This document shows, piece by piece, positions 8,180 to 17,128 of a stretch of 31,104 bases of DNA. Made by a program: the position numbers and the translations under genes. Under the pieces are notes generated by a model. That model did not search any database, was not told where the DNA came from, and was given only the letters and a program-made list of their open reading frames with translations. How positions within the stretch are numbered: the stretch's first letter is position 1; each line of letters begins with the position of its first letter. The stretch covers positions 1 to 31,104 of the IMG/VR virus record IMGVR_UViG_3300036794_000109; one strand, written 5' to 3'. This stretch comes from a virus. Taxonomy: Duplodnaviria; Caudoviricetes.

Positions 8180-8587
8180 CTAGATGCTCCCCGCGTTATT
8201 TGTGAGCTGGCCACTGTAGGAGATCGTCCCCGTCTGGCTGGTGCATGAGAATGCCACGGTCAGCTTGCGCGGCGCCATGGACACCTTGGAGGTGAAGGAG
8301 TCCAGGTGCAGGACCCCCGGTGTGCTGAGGATCTCGTTCTTCAGGATGCTGTTGATCAGGGACACGTCGGGGTTCTTGACCAGGATGCTCTGGAACCACG
8401 GGACGCCCAGGGTGTTGTCGTTGAACCACTCCCCGGCGAAGGTCTTCAGCCTGATGAGGATGTCCTGCAGGACCGGGTTGGCCCCCAGGGGGTTGGCGTC
8501 CGATGTGAGGACCAGGTCGCCGTTGATGACCAGGAGGTCGCCGTAGGTCGGGGAAAGGGGGTCGAGATCGAGCGATAGGTCAGCCAT
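8180..8587 (-). CDS. Baseplate wedge / sheath-initiator protein (gp25/gpW-like), 135 aa
   Basis: Probable start MADLSLDLD at 8587; motif QDILIRLKTFAGEWFNDNTLGVPWFQSIL...EILSTPGV. Confidence 0.8.
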   Translation of the reverse strand: MADLSLDLDPLSPTYGDLLVINGDLVLTSDANPLGANPVLQDILIRLKTFAGEWFNDNTLGVPWFQSILVKNPDVSLINSILKNEILSTPGVLHLDSFTSKVSMAPRKLTVAFSCTSQTGTISYSGQLTNNAGSI

Positions 8588-8604
8588 TGCTGGCCAGTGT
8601 AAGC

Positions 8605-9348
8605 TCAGACCTTGAGCGTGGCCAAGTTGGCCTGGACCGTCGCCAGCGTGGTGCTCGCCCCCGAGAGGGCGCTGACGAGTGCCGGGTTCAGCGGCAACGG
8701 CCCGGTGGGGGCGCCGATGGTGATTGCCGGGGCCGCCGTGGTGAACGCCGAGACGATGTTGCTCAGGGCCGTGATGAGCTGGTCGAGCAGGTTCAGGGCC
8801 TCCTGGGTCTGGTTTTTCAGCTGGACCTTGCCATTGGCGAGCACCCTCACCTGTCCTTGCCCGTTGGTCACCACCAGGTCCGTCGTGCCGTCCTGGGTCT
8901 GGGTGCTGAACGTCGGCAGCCCCGGGACGAAGATGGGGTCGCTCACGTGGTGCTGCCTGGCGTCCGAGGGGTCCACCGTGGTGCTGCCGTCGGAGGCCAG
9001 GAAGGTGTCCATTGAACGGTCGCAGAAGATGCACCAACCGACATCACCCACCGCCACCGGCAGCTTGATGGAATAGTTGGCCCCCATTGGCATGGAGACT
9101 GGAACGTTCTGGATCACCGGCTGGTCGATGGCCGAGTCCTCTGAGATGTACCGGACCTGCAGGAGGAGCTGCAGGTCGACCTTCTGCTCGCCTGAGACCG
9201 CGGTCACCTTGGCCGGCTGGCAGACCCTCAGGCCCATGGTCTTGGCCTCGATGGCCAGGCGGATCACCTCGTCCAAGGGCAGCGTGGTGGTGTCGTCGTC
9301 AGGTAGGTCGGGGTTGAAGTCGTCGGTCGCCGGGGCGTCGTATGGCAT
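8605..9348 (-). CDS. Baseplate central spike (Gp138/gpV-like)
   Basis: OB-fold pattern P.KVTAV...KVDLQ...P.IQNVPV.MP.G...SIKLPV.VGDVG..IFCDRSMD...R.HHVSD.IFVPG. Confidence 0.8.
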   Translation of the reverse strand: MPYDAPATDDFNPDLPDDDTTTLPLDEVIRLAIEAKTMGLRVCQPAKVTAVSGEQKVDLQLLLQVRYISEDSAIDQPVIQNVPVSMPMGANYSIKLPVAVGDVGWCIFCDRSMDTFLASDGSTTVDPSDARQHHVSDPIFVPGLPTFSTQTQDGTTDLVVTNGQGQVRVLANGKVQLKNQTQEALNLLDQLITALSNIVSAFTTAAPAITIGAPTGPLPLNPALVSALSGASTTLATVQANLATLKV

Positions 9349-9352
9349 GGGC

Positions 9353-10279
9353 TCAGGCTACAGCGCTGGTGTAGTCGAAGCCAGCCGCTGCCGGCAGGCT
9401 CTGGGCCGTGGCGTTGGGGATGGCCGTGGCCTCGCAATCGGCCTGCCACTTGGACTCGTGGGTGTCGCCGGTGTATTTCGCGGACCCGATCTTGTAGAAA
9501 CCCGACAGCCGGGTGTCCAGGCTGTCTATCTGGACGAGCCTGTTCGGCACCAGGCCTGGATTCAGCAGCGCCGAGAAGGTCAGGGTCTTCTCGTTCAGCG
9601 AAGGCACCCCAAGCAGGCCCGTTGACCCGTTGAGCAGCACCGCCTCTGTCCCCGCATGCTTCCCGATGGGGATGATGTCGAGGGCCCCGTTCTGGATCGA
9701 CCACTCAAGTCCATGGGTCTTGCACAGGTAGTCCATGGTGTCGCGCGCCAACCCGGTGGCCAGGAAGCCGCGGCCGTAGACCGAGTTGGGGATGCCCAGC
9801 GCGATGCCGGCGTTCATGCCGCCTGGGTTGGCCGAGGTGGCCAGGCTCATGGCCTCCGCGCACGCCTGGAAGATCTGGGCAACCGTCGTGTTGGGCGGGA
9901 AGAACCGGTCCAGTTTGGTCTTGGTGAGGGCCGGCTCCCCGTCCCCGCATTCGAGCTTGGTCACGATGTCGGACCCGCTGCGGTCGCTGGTCGCGCGCTG
10001 CACGACCCCAAGGAACAGGTTCTGGACCAGGTCATCGTAGCCCGCGGCGAGGGTCACCAGGGTGCCCTTGCTGAAGCCGCCGCGCGACTCGGCGCTCAGG
10101 TTGTAGATGCTGATGGTGGCCTTGTTGGGGGTGCTTTTCACGTTCTTCTGGACGTCGAAGGTCAGCCGCAGGGCGCTGGGGTCCTTGCCCACGTTGCTGT
10201 ACTCGGTGGGGGTGTCACTGCCCTCGGTGGCCAGCGCCAGCGAGTAGCATCGTCCGAAGAGGGCCCCGTCCTTGCTCAT
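9353..10279 (-). CDS. Baseplate hub protein (gpD/gp27-like), 308 aa
   Basis: Probable start MSKDGALFGR at 10279; motifs LRLTFDVQK...PNKATISIYNLS, VTLAAGY...LF.G.V, WSIQNG, TGLLG.P, ALLNPGL.P, G.YKI...YTGDTH...W. Confidence 0.8.
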   Translation of the reverse strand: MSKDGALFGRCYSLALATEGSDTPTEYSNVGKDPSALRLTFDVQKNVKSTPNKATISIYNLSAESRGGFSKGTLVTLAAGYDDLVQNLFLGVVQRATSDRSGSDIVTKLECGDGEPALTKTKLDRFFPPNTTVAQIFQACAEAMSLATSANPGGMNAGIALGIPNSVYGRGFLATGLARDTMDYLCKTHGLEWSIQNGALDIIPIGKHAGTEAVLLNGSTGLLGVPSLNEKTLTFSALLNPGLVPNRLVQIDSLDTRLSGFYKIGSAKYTGDTHESKWQADCEATAIPNATAQSLPAAAGFDYTSAVA

Positions 10280-10557
10280 GGCCCGCCCCCGCTGACCTCT
10301 TGGCGGGTCGGGACTCGGAACCGCGAGAGCACCCGGACCGCGTGGCCGAGCAGGTCGCGCAATCGGCGGATGTCCTCGAACCGGCCGCCGCGCCCGTGAA
10401 GCTGCCACATCCCGAGGACGACCTCGGAGAAATCGGCGCACTTGGCCAGGTGCCAGGCAAGCTGGCGGCGCTGTGCCGCCCCCCACGATGGGCCGTCGTT
10501 GCGGGGGTCAAGCGCGAAGAGGATGTCGTCCTCACTGGTGGGCTTGGGGTCGCTCAT
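10276..10557 (-). CDS. Hypothetical 93-aa protein inserted in the baseplate cluster
   Basis: MSDPKPTSEDDILFALDPRNDG...; ATGA overlaps at both ends (10554-10557 and 10276-10279), filling the gap exactly. Confidence 0.6.
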   Translation of the reverse strand: MSDPKPTSEDDILFALDPRNDGPSWGAAQRRQLAWHLAKCADFSEVVLGMWQLHGRGGRFEDIRRLRDLLGHAVRVLSRFRVPTRQEVSGGGP

Positions 10558-10880
10558 GCCGTGGTGTCCACGTAGACCAGCCCGTGGTCGGTCAGGAAGC
10601 TGGACAGCGTGGCCTCCACCCCCTGGCCCGAATCGTCGATGCAGAAGAGGGGCCCGACCGGCAGCTTGATGGTGCGGTACTGGCCCAGCAGCCCGCGCAT
10701 GATGAGGAGCGGGATGCCCATGAGCAGCGGCTTGCCGGTGGCGTCGGAGATGCTCAGGATCCAGCGCTGCATGCGCGTGTTGTACCGCATCTCCAGGGTG
10801 TAGGTCGTCTTGGATAGCGCCACCCGGAAGCGGAACCATGGGACGTTGCGGTTGACCGGGACACGTACGGTGGTCGCCAT
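10554..10880 (-). CDS. Small baseplate protein (DUF6983-like)
   Basis: F.V.L...TY.L..RYN.R...W.LSI.D..G.PL..GIPL pattern; usual position between the Dit-like and hub genes. Confidence 0.75.
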   Translation of the reverse strand: MATTVRVPVNRNVPWFRFRVALSKTTYTLEMRYNTRMQRWILSISDATGKPLLMGIPLLIMRGLLGQYRTIKLPVGPLFCIDDSGQGVEATLSSFLTDHGLVYVDTTA

Positions 10881-10882
10881 GT

Positions 10883-11611
10883 TCAGCCCCCGCCAGTCAG
10901 TGAGTTGGCCAGCCCGAGACCATCGGTATAGCCGTCGGCGCCTGTGCTCTGGTCGCCGATCTCAGACCGCCCGGCCGCGAGCCCCGGGTTGCTGAACTGG
11001 CCGACCCCGGCCGCGTTGACGCTCTGGGCCTTCACGATGACGATCTGGACGAACGTGATGTTGAACTCGAGGGCGTCCCCGCTGGTGGCGTTGCGCGGCG
11101 CCGTCAGGGTCTTGATGACCATGTTCTTGAACGTGCCGAGCTTGGTCACCAGGGTGAACGGGCGTGGCGGCTGGGGCTTCTGCCCCTCGGCCGTGCCGCT
11201 CTGCAGCCGGCGCAGCTTGTCGTAGGCCGCCCTGGAAGGCGTCGGGTCGCTGCTGTCGGCCTGGTACAGCCCATAGGCCAACCCGGCCGCGGCGACGCCC
11301 AGGGGGGGCAGGAGCGACGCCGCGGCCGTGGCCCCGGCCTCCTTGAGGTTGGCCGAGGTTGTACCGATTGGGGTGTCCGAGATGATTCCCGTGAAGGTTA
11401 TCTCGATGGGCGAGCGCACCAGGTGGTCGCTGATGGTGGCGCCGCCCTCGACGGGGAACTCGGTGGGGGTCACCGTCGTGGTGTAGGACTCGCTCACGGA
11501 GACGTCGAACAACACGACGGTGTTCTTCTTGTCGTCTTGGATCTGGACCCGGGAGTTGCCCCCTACCAGCACCCCCGCCGCCGCGGACCCCGCTCCGATG
11601 AAGGACGCCAT
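10883..11611 (-). CDS. Dit-like / tail tube initiator baseplate protein
   Basis: FDVSVSESY...T.TEFPVEGGA.ISDH....P.EITFTG.ISDTP...LVTKLGTFKNMVI..L...R.....ALEF.ITF.QI. Confidence 0.8.
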   Translation of the reverse strand: MASFIGAGSAAAGVLVGGNSRVQIQDDKKNTVVLFDVSVSESYTTTVTPTEFPVEGGATISDHLVRSPIEITFTGIISDTPIGTTSANLKEAGATAAASLLPPLGVAAAGLAYGLYQADSSDPTPSRAAYDKLRRLQSGTAEGQKPQPPRPFTLVTKLGTFKNMVIKTLTAPRNATSGDALEFNITFVQIVIVKAQSVNAAGVGQFSNPGLAAGRSEIGDQSTGADGYTDGLGLANSLTGGG

Positions 11612-13140
11612 CAGTAGGCCAGCCCTGGCTTGAGCGAGCGGCGTGCCTCACGCAGCGTCTGGTCGAGGTGCTCCTTGACGCCCTCCTTGGCCATCTTGCC
11701 GACCTCCTTAGGATCGGCGCCTGCCGGGATGTTGATGTTGATGGGGGCCTCCATGTCGTAGGTGGTCCCGCCGCCCGCCATCTGGCCCATCATGCCGGAC
11801 AGCCCTGCCCCGCCGGTCATCATGCTGCCCATGGCCCCGAGCTTGTCGCCCACGTTACTGAGGAACCCGCCGCCCTTGCCAGCGTCCGGCCGCAGGAGGG
11901 CCGGCACCCCCTGCTCGCCCTCGCTCCCCAGTCCGAGCTTGCCCATGAGGGCCGATCCCATGCCCTTCACGCCGTCGTACATCTGCCCGAGCCAGGTGTC
12001 CTTGAAGCTCTTGCCGTGGAACATCTCCCATGCCGCCTGCACCAGCAGGATGAGCAGCCCCAGTCCCGCGACGATGCCCATGACGGTGAGGCCTATCGGG
12101 GAGAACGCGGCGGTCAGCAGCGGCAGCACGGCCCGGGCTAGGACCGCGCCGACGCCGGTCATCATCTTCAGCAGCCACACGACGGGCCCCAGGAAGCTTG
12201 CGAGCAGCCCGAAGCCCTTCTTGGCGACCACGACGACGAGCCCGATGGCAGCCAGGACGGACAGCACTCGGCCGCCCCATTTCACCAGGTCCTGGTGCGC
12301 GGCCGCGAAGGCGAAGAACTTCTTGGCCGCCCACTGCACCAGCCCGACGACGAACCCCAGTGCGAAGGTCATGTCATAGACCCACGCGTTGATCTTGGTC
12401 TCGATGAAGGCCCGGTTGACCTTGTAGAGCTCCAGCAGCGCGTGGACGGTCTTCTCGATTGCGGGGGCGAACTTCGCGGCGATGCTGGCCATGAAGGTCT
12501 TCATGACCTGGCCCATGGCGCTGAGCGCGTCCTCCACGTCGGCGAGCGCGCTCACCTGGGGGCCGGTCAGCACGGCGCCCATGGCCTCGGCCTCCTTGCC
12601 CATGGCGTCCATGGCGGCGCCGCCCTTGCTCAGGAAGCCCACCATCTTGGAGCTGCCACGCCCCATGATCTGCATCGCCAGACCCTGCTTGGCGATGGGG
12701 TCGGACATGCCCTTCATGCGCTCGGCAAGCGCGCGCATGGCGTCGGCGCCCGTATGGAACCCGGCGATCTGCTCCTTGGAGATGCCGGCCGCGGCGAAGC
12801 TGGCGGTGGCCTCCTTGCTGCCCTTGCGGGCCTCGTAGAGGGTGCGTGTCAGGTGTGAGAGGGCGCCGGTCATCTCCTCGGCGCTGACGGCGGACTGGCT
12901 GCCGGCGAACTGCAGCCGCTGCAGGGCCTCGACTGTCAGGCCAGCGGAGGCCGCACCCGATTGGAGCTGTTCAGCCATCCCGCTGAAGCGCTCGACAATC
13001 TCGAAGATACCCTTGACCACCTCGGCCGCGCCCAGGAACTCAAGGCTGTGTTGGATCTTCTCAAGCTTCTCGTTGACGTGGTCGAGGGGCTTGGTCTCGG
13101 TCTTGAATGCCCACTTGGTGAGCATGTCGAGGATGTCCAT
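11611..13140 (-). CDS. Tape measure protein (509 aa)
   Basis: Follows the chaperone genes; helical and Ala/Gly/Met-rich; GLTVEALQRLQFA motif; hydrophobic C-terminal segments. Confidence 0.85.
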   Translation of the reverse strand: MDILDMLTKWAFKTETKPLDHVNEKLEKIQHSLEFLGAAEVVKGIFEIVERFSGMAEQLQSGAASAGLTVEALQRLQFAGSQSAVSAEEMTGALSHLTRTLYEARKGSKEATASFAAAGISKEQIAGFHTGADAMRALAERMKGMSDPIAKQGLAMQIMGRGSSKMVGFLSKGGAAMDAMGKEAEAMGAVLTGPQVSALADVEDALSAMGQVMKTFMASIAAKFAPAIEKTVHALLELYKVNRAFIETKINAWVYDMTFALGFVVGLVQWAAKKFFAFAAAHQDLVKWGGRVLSVLAAIGLVVVVAKKGFGLLASFLGPVVWLLKMMTGVGAVLARAVLPLLTAAFSPIGLTVMGIVAGLGLLILLVQAAWEMFHGKSFKDTWLGQMYDGVKGMGSALMGKLGLGSEGEQGVPALLRPDAGKGGGFLSNVGDKLGAMGSMMTGGAGLSGMMGQMAGGGTTYDMEAPININIPAGADPKEVGKMAKEGVKEHLDQTLREARRSLKPGLAY

Positions 13141-13141
13141 G

Positions 13142-13363
13142 TCACCGCCCCTTCCCCTTCGCCATGCGCGCTTCCTGCGCTTCCCTGGCGTCCAGTATCT
13201 CCCCCGCGTCCATCACGTCGTCCAGCGTCCACCGCGTCTTAACCTCCTCGAGGGTGGCGAATCCGGCCAGCACCGGACGCCATATCAGGACGTTGATTTT
13301 GCTGTCGGGGCCGAGGATGTTCTCCCCACCAGGTCCAGCCCTGCGCCTTTGAGTACGTCGACG
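13142..13363 (-). CDS. Tail assembly chaperone C-terminal extension (gpT-like), reached by -1 frameshift
   Basis: The -1 frame after the slippery site gives ...INVLIWRPVLAGFATLEEVKTRWTLDDVMDAGEILD, ending just before the tape measure start. Confidence 0.75.
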   Translation of the reverse strand, partial: RRRTQRRRAGPGGENILGPDSKINVLIWRPVLAGFATLEEVKTRWTLDDVMDAGEILDAREAQEARMAKGKGR

Positions 13364-13770
13364 AAAAAATTTCCGAACTGCACCTCCAGGGCAGCCCGCA
13401 GCACGTCGAACATGTGGGGCAGCCTGTCCTGGTAGTGGGTGTTGAACGTGATGCGCTTGCCGTCGCACATGACCGTGTCGCCCGCGGTCATCTTGCGGAT
13501 GATGTCCATGCACAGCTTCTTGTTGGTGCCCATCTGGGCGATGAGCTGCTCGACGATGGAGCCGGCGACGTCCACGGACAGCGCGAACTTCTCGCCGCCC
13601 TTCTCGCCCGCCTTCATGGCGGCGCCCAGCTGCGCCAGCGGTTTGCCCAGCACGAGGGCCAGGTCAAACAGCGTGTCGGTGGCCGCCTCGGCGCCCCACT
13701 TCGCGAACTCGTAGGCGTGGCCGTCGATGGTGGCCTCGTACGTCCCCTGCTCGGTCTTGGTGATTTCCAT
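13285..13770 (-). CDS. Tail assembly chaperone (gpG-like)
   Basis: Lies between the tube and tape measure genes; GAGGAG RBS; ends with ...ALEVQFGNFF, typical of myophage chaperones. Confidence 0.8.
   Translation of the reverse strand: MEITKTEQGTYEATIDGHAYEFAKWGAEAATDTLFDLALVLGKPLAQLGAAMKAGEKGGEKFALSVDVAGSIVEQLIAQMGTNKKLCMDIIRKMTAGDTVMCDGKRITFNTHYQDRLPHMFDVLRAALEVQFGNFFVDVLKGAGLDLVGRTSSAPTAKSTS
13363..13372 (-). other. Programmed -1 ribosomal frameshift site
   Basis: In-frame GGA AAT TTT TTC contains two X XXY YYZ heptamers (A AAT TTT and T TTT TTC). The downstream ORF is in the -1 frame. Confidence 0.8.
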
Positions 13771-13800
13771 GTCTCCTCAAAGCACGAAGCCGTCCGGCGC

Positions 13801-14217
13801 TCAATTGCCGCCGATGAAGAGCTGGAGGTTGTCCGTCTCGATGACCCAGACGCGGTTGGTGACCTCCTTGGCGAACTCGGTGCTGGGGATCTTGGTGACC
13901 CAGGCCGCCGCCGCGGTCGCCACCGTGCGACCCGAGCCGTCCCGAACCAGCACGGGGGCCGCGCCGGCGCCGGTGTTCTCGTCGGCGATGGCGAGGCCGC
14001 TCAGGACGTCGTTCGACGGCGAGGACGACATGAGGGTCAGGGTGATCTTGCCCGACTTGTCGTTGCTCTTCGCGCGCGTGCCGATGCCGTCAGCGCCCAT
14101 CTTCAGCGCCCACATGTCGTTGTTGCGCTCTATGGTCACGAACGTGCCGTCGTCGTAGCCGGTCATGATCTGCCCGGCATAGACGATGGTGACTGCCTTG
14201 GGATCGTACTGGAGCAT
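13801..14217 (-). CDS. Tail tube protein (DUF3277-like)
   Basis: YDPKAV.I...G..MTGYDDG.F.TIE........GADG...R....DKSG.IT.TL...SPSN..L; directly after the sheath gene. Confidence 0.85.
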   Translation of the reverse strand: MLQYDPKAVTIVYAGQIMTGYDDGTFVTIERNNDMWALKMGADGIGTRAKSNDKSGKITLTLMSSSPSNDVLSGLAIADENTGAGAAPVLVRDGSGRTVATAAAAWVTKIPSTEFAKEVTNRVWVIETDNLQLFIGGN

Positions 14218-14226
14218 GGGTCAGCC

Positions 14227-15570
14227 TCACACCGTGACGGTGCCGGAAATCACAACTGCGTTGAATGCCCCCTGGAGGCGGCACGCGAAGGAGATCGTGG
14301 GCGCGATGCGCTTGGCGCGCTGGTTTGCCGACACCGCCGCCACCGACGGGGCCGTGATGGAGATGCCCGCCGGGTCGATGAGGGTGTTCGCCACCCCGGT
14401 GTCCAGCGCCTGGCGCACCGCCGAGATGAGGATTGCCACGCCCGCGTCGGTGAAGGGTATCTTCTTGGCGTTGACCAGGGCCGAGTAGATGTTGGTCTGC
14501 AGCGTGGACTGCAGCCAGTCGATGCCCACCGTGATGTCGATGAACTGGCCGCCCGCCATGGTGCCCATCTCGGTGATGTTCACGCCCCCGACGCTGGTGT
14601 GGATGTTGGCGTTCTTGCCGACCGTACCGGCCACCGGGTTGCCCATGGCGTTGTTGCGCTGCGTGTCGGTGAGCACGTCGGCCGTGATGCCGGCCAGGGT
14701 CTTGAAGGCCCAGTTGTTGCTGCCAGGGGTCTGCGGGAGCTGGCCCCCGAGCCAAGCGGCCTCGATGCCGGCAGCCGCGGCGCCGGGGGTGAACAGCAGC
14801 GCGGTCCGCTTGTATGCGGCAGTCTGGAGCTTGCTGGCCACGTCAGTCGAAGAGCTGGTGCCGATGGCGCTGGTCGAGCTCGCGCCCAGGAAGATCTTCT
14901 TCTGCCCCTCCGTCCACGCGGCCGCCTGCAGGATATCGGCATCCGTGGCGCCGGCCAGGCACCAGCCATACCACCCGCCATTCTGGGCCAGGATGTTGGC
15001 GATGTCCGTGGCGATGCCGTTGTTCGGGGTGACCGCCGCCTTGGTGAGAAGGGCGTCCACCGCGGAATACGTCACTGCCGCGCCGGGCGCCGTAGAGGTG
15101 AGGGTCAGGAGGGCAGAACCACCCGTCCCGGCCACCGCGCCTGTCACGGCGCCGCCTACCACTATCAAGGCCAGGAGTGCTGTCAGGACCGCCTGCTGGG
15201 TGTCGCCGCCGCCCGCGGTATAGGAATAGACAACCCCGTTGACCGTGACCGCGTAGGCATGGGAGGTCGTCAGCGTGTTGACGGCCAAGGTGTCAACCTG
15301 GGCCACGGCCGCGCTCCGCTTGCCCACCATGAATTGCGAGGGGGTGATGGGCTGGGCCATGAGCTCGAGCGCGTAGATGTACTCCGGGTTGCTCGAGATG
15401 TACCCGTCCGTGAGCATCGCCGCCGCGGAGGAGTACACATGCACGTAATCGCTCCCCGACCATCCGTTGCTCGTGGGGCCGACGATGAGCGGGACCGAGA
15501 ACGACGCCTGAGCCACTGCGGCAGTCTGCTGGGAGATGTTGACCTGGATGATCTGGTCGATTGATGGCAT
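14227..15570 (-). CDS. Contractile tail sheath protein (DUF3383-like)
   Basis: IDQIIQVNIS...FSVPLIVG, PGSNNWAFKTLAGI, GTMAGGQFIDITVGIDWL, KIPFTDAG, F...LQGAFN.V.ISGTV. Confidence 0.9.
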   Translation of the reverse strand: MPSIDQIIQVNISQQTAAVAQASFSVPLIVGPTSNGWSGSDYVHVYSSAAAMLTDGYISSNPEYIYALELMAQPITPSQFMVGKRSAAVAQVDTLAVNTLTTSHAYAVTVNGVVYSYTAGGGDTQQAVLTALLALIVVGGAVTGAVAGTGGSALLTLTSTAPGAAVTYSAVDALLTKAAVTPNNGIATDIANILAQNGGWYGWCLAGATDADILQAAAWTEGQKKIFLGASSTSAIGTSSSTDVASKLQTAAYKRTALLFTPGAAAAGIEAAWLGGQLPQTPGSNNWAFKTLAGITADVLTDTQRNNAMGNPVAGTVGKNANIHTSVGGVNITEMGTMAGGQFIDITVGIDWLQSTLQTNIYSALVNAKKIPFTDAGVAILISAVRQALDTGVANTLIDPAGISITAPSVAAVSANQRAKRIAPTISFACRLQGAFNAVVISGTVTV

Positions 15571-15582
15571 GCGCTTGCGCTC

Positions 15583-16155
15583 CTAGAGCCCCGTTATGGT
15601 GACGTTGAGGGGTACCTGGTTGCCACCCCCCGTATCCGCTTGCCCGCTGATGTTGGCGGAACCGATGCTGCCAAGGTCTACGACTAGGTTCGAGGCTATG
15701 CCGAATACGACGTCCATCTGGGCCCGACCCTCAAAGGCAGTATTGAGTAACATGGACAAATCCGCAACGGCGCCGGGCTTCCAGACGGCGATGCCGCCCA
15801 GCGACAGGGCCTGGTACGTCGGCGCGGTGTCAAGGCTGGCCTGCCACAGGGCCATGTACCCGTTGGCCTCCTCGTGGGACGTGCCGTAGGAGTTGAAGCT
15901 CACGGTCATGGCCCGCTGACCGCCATAGTTCCAGAGGGTGGTGCCGGGGAGGTTGTCGGGGCTGTCGTCCCCATAGCGTGCGCCCGGGGTGGTGACCTTC
16001 AGGGTGAAGTAGGGCCGCGACGGCCTGGGCGCGCCCGGTTCCTCGGGCTCAGCCATGATGACGTGTTGTTGGTCCAGCCCGCATGCCGACATGACCGCCT
16101 GCACCAGGGTCGACCTGATGGCGTCATAGTCGATCGGCGGGTTCTGGAGCGGCAT
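15583..16155 (-). CDS. Tail completion / terminator (neck) protein
   Basis: Probable start MPLQNPP at 16155; VI.A....PRP..PY.T, R..TVS.N.YG, DLS.LL...FE.RA.MDV.F; immediately upstream of the sheath gene. Confidence 0.75.
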   Translation of the reverse strand: MPLQNPPIDYDAIRSTLVQAVMSACGLDQQHVIMAEPEEPGAPRPSRPYFTLKVTTPGARYGDDSPDNLPGTTLWNYGGQRAMTVSFNSYGTSHEEANGYMALWQASLDTAPTYQALSLGGIAVWKPGAVADLSMLLNTAFEGRAQMDVVFGIASNLVVDLGSIGSANISGQADTGGGNQVPLNVTITGL

Positions 16156-16218
16156 CCGCGCCAGATTAGCACAAGGCCCCCCTTTTCCCATGAAGGCGGC
16201 CGTGATAACCGGTTGGCG

Positions 16219-16518
16219 ATGGCAGCCCCACCCCAGCCGCAGTGCCGGGCGCTCTACCGGCTCGAGGACGGCAACTTCATCCTGCAGTGGCAGCCCCGCG
16301 TCCCGCCCCCCAGTATCGTCTCGGGGGTGTCCCAGCAGGTGACGGGCATCGCACAGCAGGGCAGCCGCAGGGGCATGTGCGTGGACTGCGTGGCCACCAT
16401 GATCTCCATGGCCGCCGACAACATCATCCAGGCCATGATTGCCGAGGGGGCCATGTTCTGGGACCCTGAGAACAAGGAATGGGTGGACCGCGGTTTCCGC
16501 CAGGCGAGGTCATTGTGA
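16219..16518 (+). CDS. Hypothetical 99-aa protein on the opposite strand within the neck operon
   Basis: MAAPPQPQCRALYRLEDGNFILQWQ...MCVDC...FWDPENKEWVDRG; fills the gap between two minus-strand genes; GC3-rich codon usage. Confidence 0.6.
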   Translation: MAAPPQPQCRALYRLEDGNFILQWQPRVPPPSIVSGVSQQVTGIAQQGSRRGMCVDCVATMISMAADNIIQAMIAEGAMFWDPENKEWVDRGFRQARSL

Positions 16519-16914
16519 CGGCGCCAGACTCCACTTCTCAACCCCGGTAGTGTCGAACAAGGCCGCCTTGTCAGGTCCGAGGTCCACCGCCATCATGCGC
16601 GCCTTGGTGTAGGACCCCCAGGGCTCCGTCCCCTGGACCTGGAAGACAACCCCCAGCCGCAGCACGAGGTCCCCCGTCACCATGGCCAGGTCCCGGTTCT
16701 CCGACCAGATATTGTACTGCTCCTTGGTCCTGTCACCCTCCGGCACCAGCAGAAGGTCCTTGCCGCCGAGCGGCTGGACGTTGCCGACAATGCGGTAACG
16801 CAACGGGTCACGTTTGACGGGTTTGCCGTCGACGTAGACGACGCCCCCCTCGCGCAGAGCCGCCAGCCTCTCGTCGTTGTTGATGATGCGCGAACTCTTC
16901 GACAGTGGGTACAT
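16510..16914 (-). CDS. Head-closure (stopper) protein
   Basis: Probable start MYPLSK at 16914 (AAAGGGG RBS); G.YVDG......I.GNVQPL.GKDL..VPEGDR..E...IW.....GD.V...G..FQV....PW. Confidence 0.75.
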   Translation of the reverse strand: MYPLSKSSRIINNDERLAALREGGVVYVDGKPVKRDPLRYRIVGNVQPLGGKDLLLVPEGDRTKEQYNIWSENRDLAMVTGDLVLRLGVVFQVQGTEPWGSYTKARMMAVDLGPDKAALFDTTGVEKWSLAPSQ

Positions 16915-16948
16915 TGCGCAGCCCCTTTCCGGACCCAGCTTACACCGC

Positions 16949-17128
16949 ATGGGTATACTCTGGTCACTTCTCATCGCCGCCCTGGTCTGCGGGCTGGTCG
17001 CCTACCTGGCCGAGCTGCTCCCGGTGCCGATGCGCCCCTTCCTGAGGGTGGGGGCCGCGGTGGCCTTCGTCATCTACGTGATCTACGCCATCACCCACCG
17101 CTCATTTGCCGTTACCGGAATCCCCTAG
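16949..17128 (+). CDS. Small two-transmembrane protein (59 aa), opposite strand
   Basis: MGILWSLLIAALVCGLVAYLAELLPVPMRPFLRVGAAVAFVIYVIYAI: two hydrophobic helices separated by a Pro turn. Confidence 0.65.
   Translation: MGILWSLLIAALVCGLVAYLAELLPVPMRPFLRVGAAVAFVIYVIYAITHRSFAVTGIP

Noticed and set aside
8588-9037. Extended 5' ends of track ORFs (8180..9037, 9353..10486, 10276..10839, 18573..19109, 2254..2859, 15874..16518)
   Set aside because: The extensions overlap neighbouring real genes and read as low-complexity off-frame sequence; downstream starts with coupling, RBS or promoter support were used instead.
13414-15564. 716-aa plus-strand ORF, and similar long ones at 6354-7553, 26928-28454, 25833-26846, 23048-24010 and 29783-30796
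   Set aside because: Antisense shadows of clear minus-strand genes, expected with GC3-rich codon usage; no recognisable motifs.
3315-15570. Tailocin, eCIS or T6SS locus
   Set aside because: Terminase, portal, protease, scaffold and capsid genes are all present and contiguous, so this is a phage.
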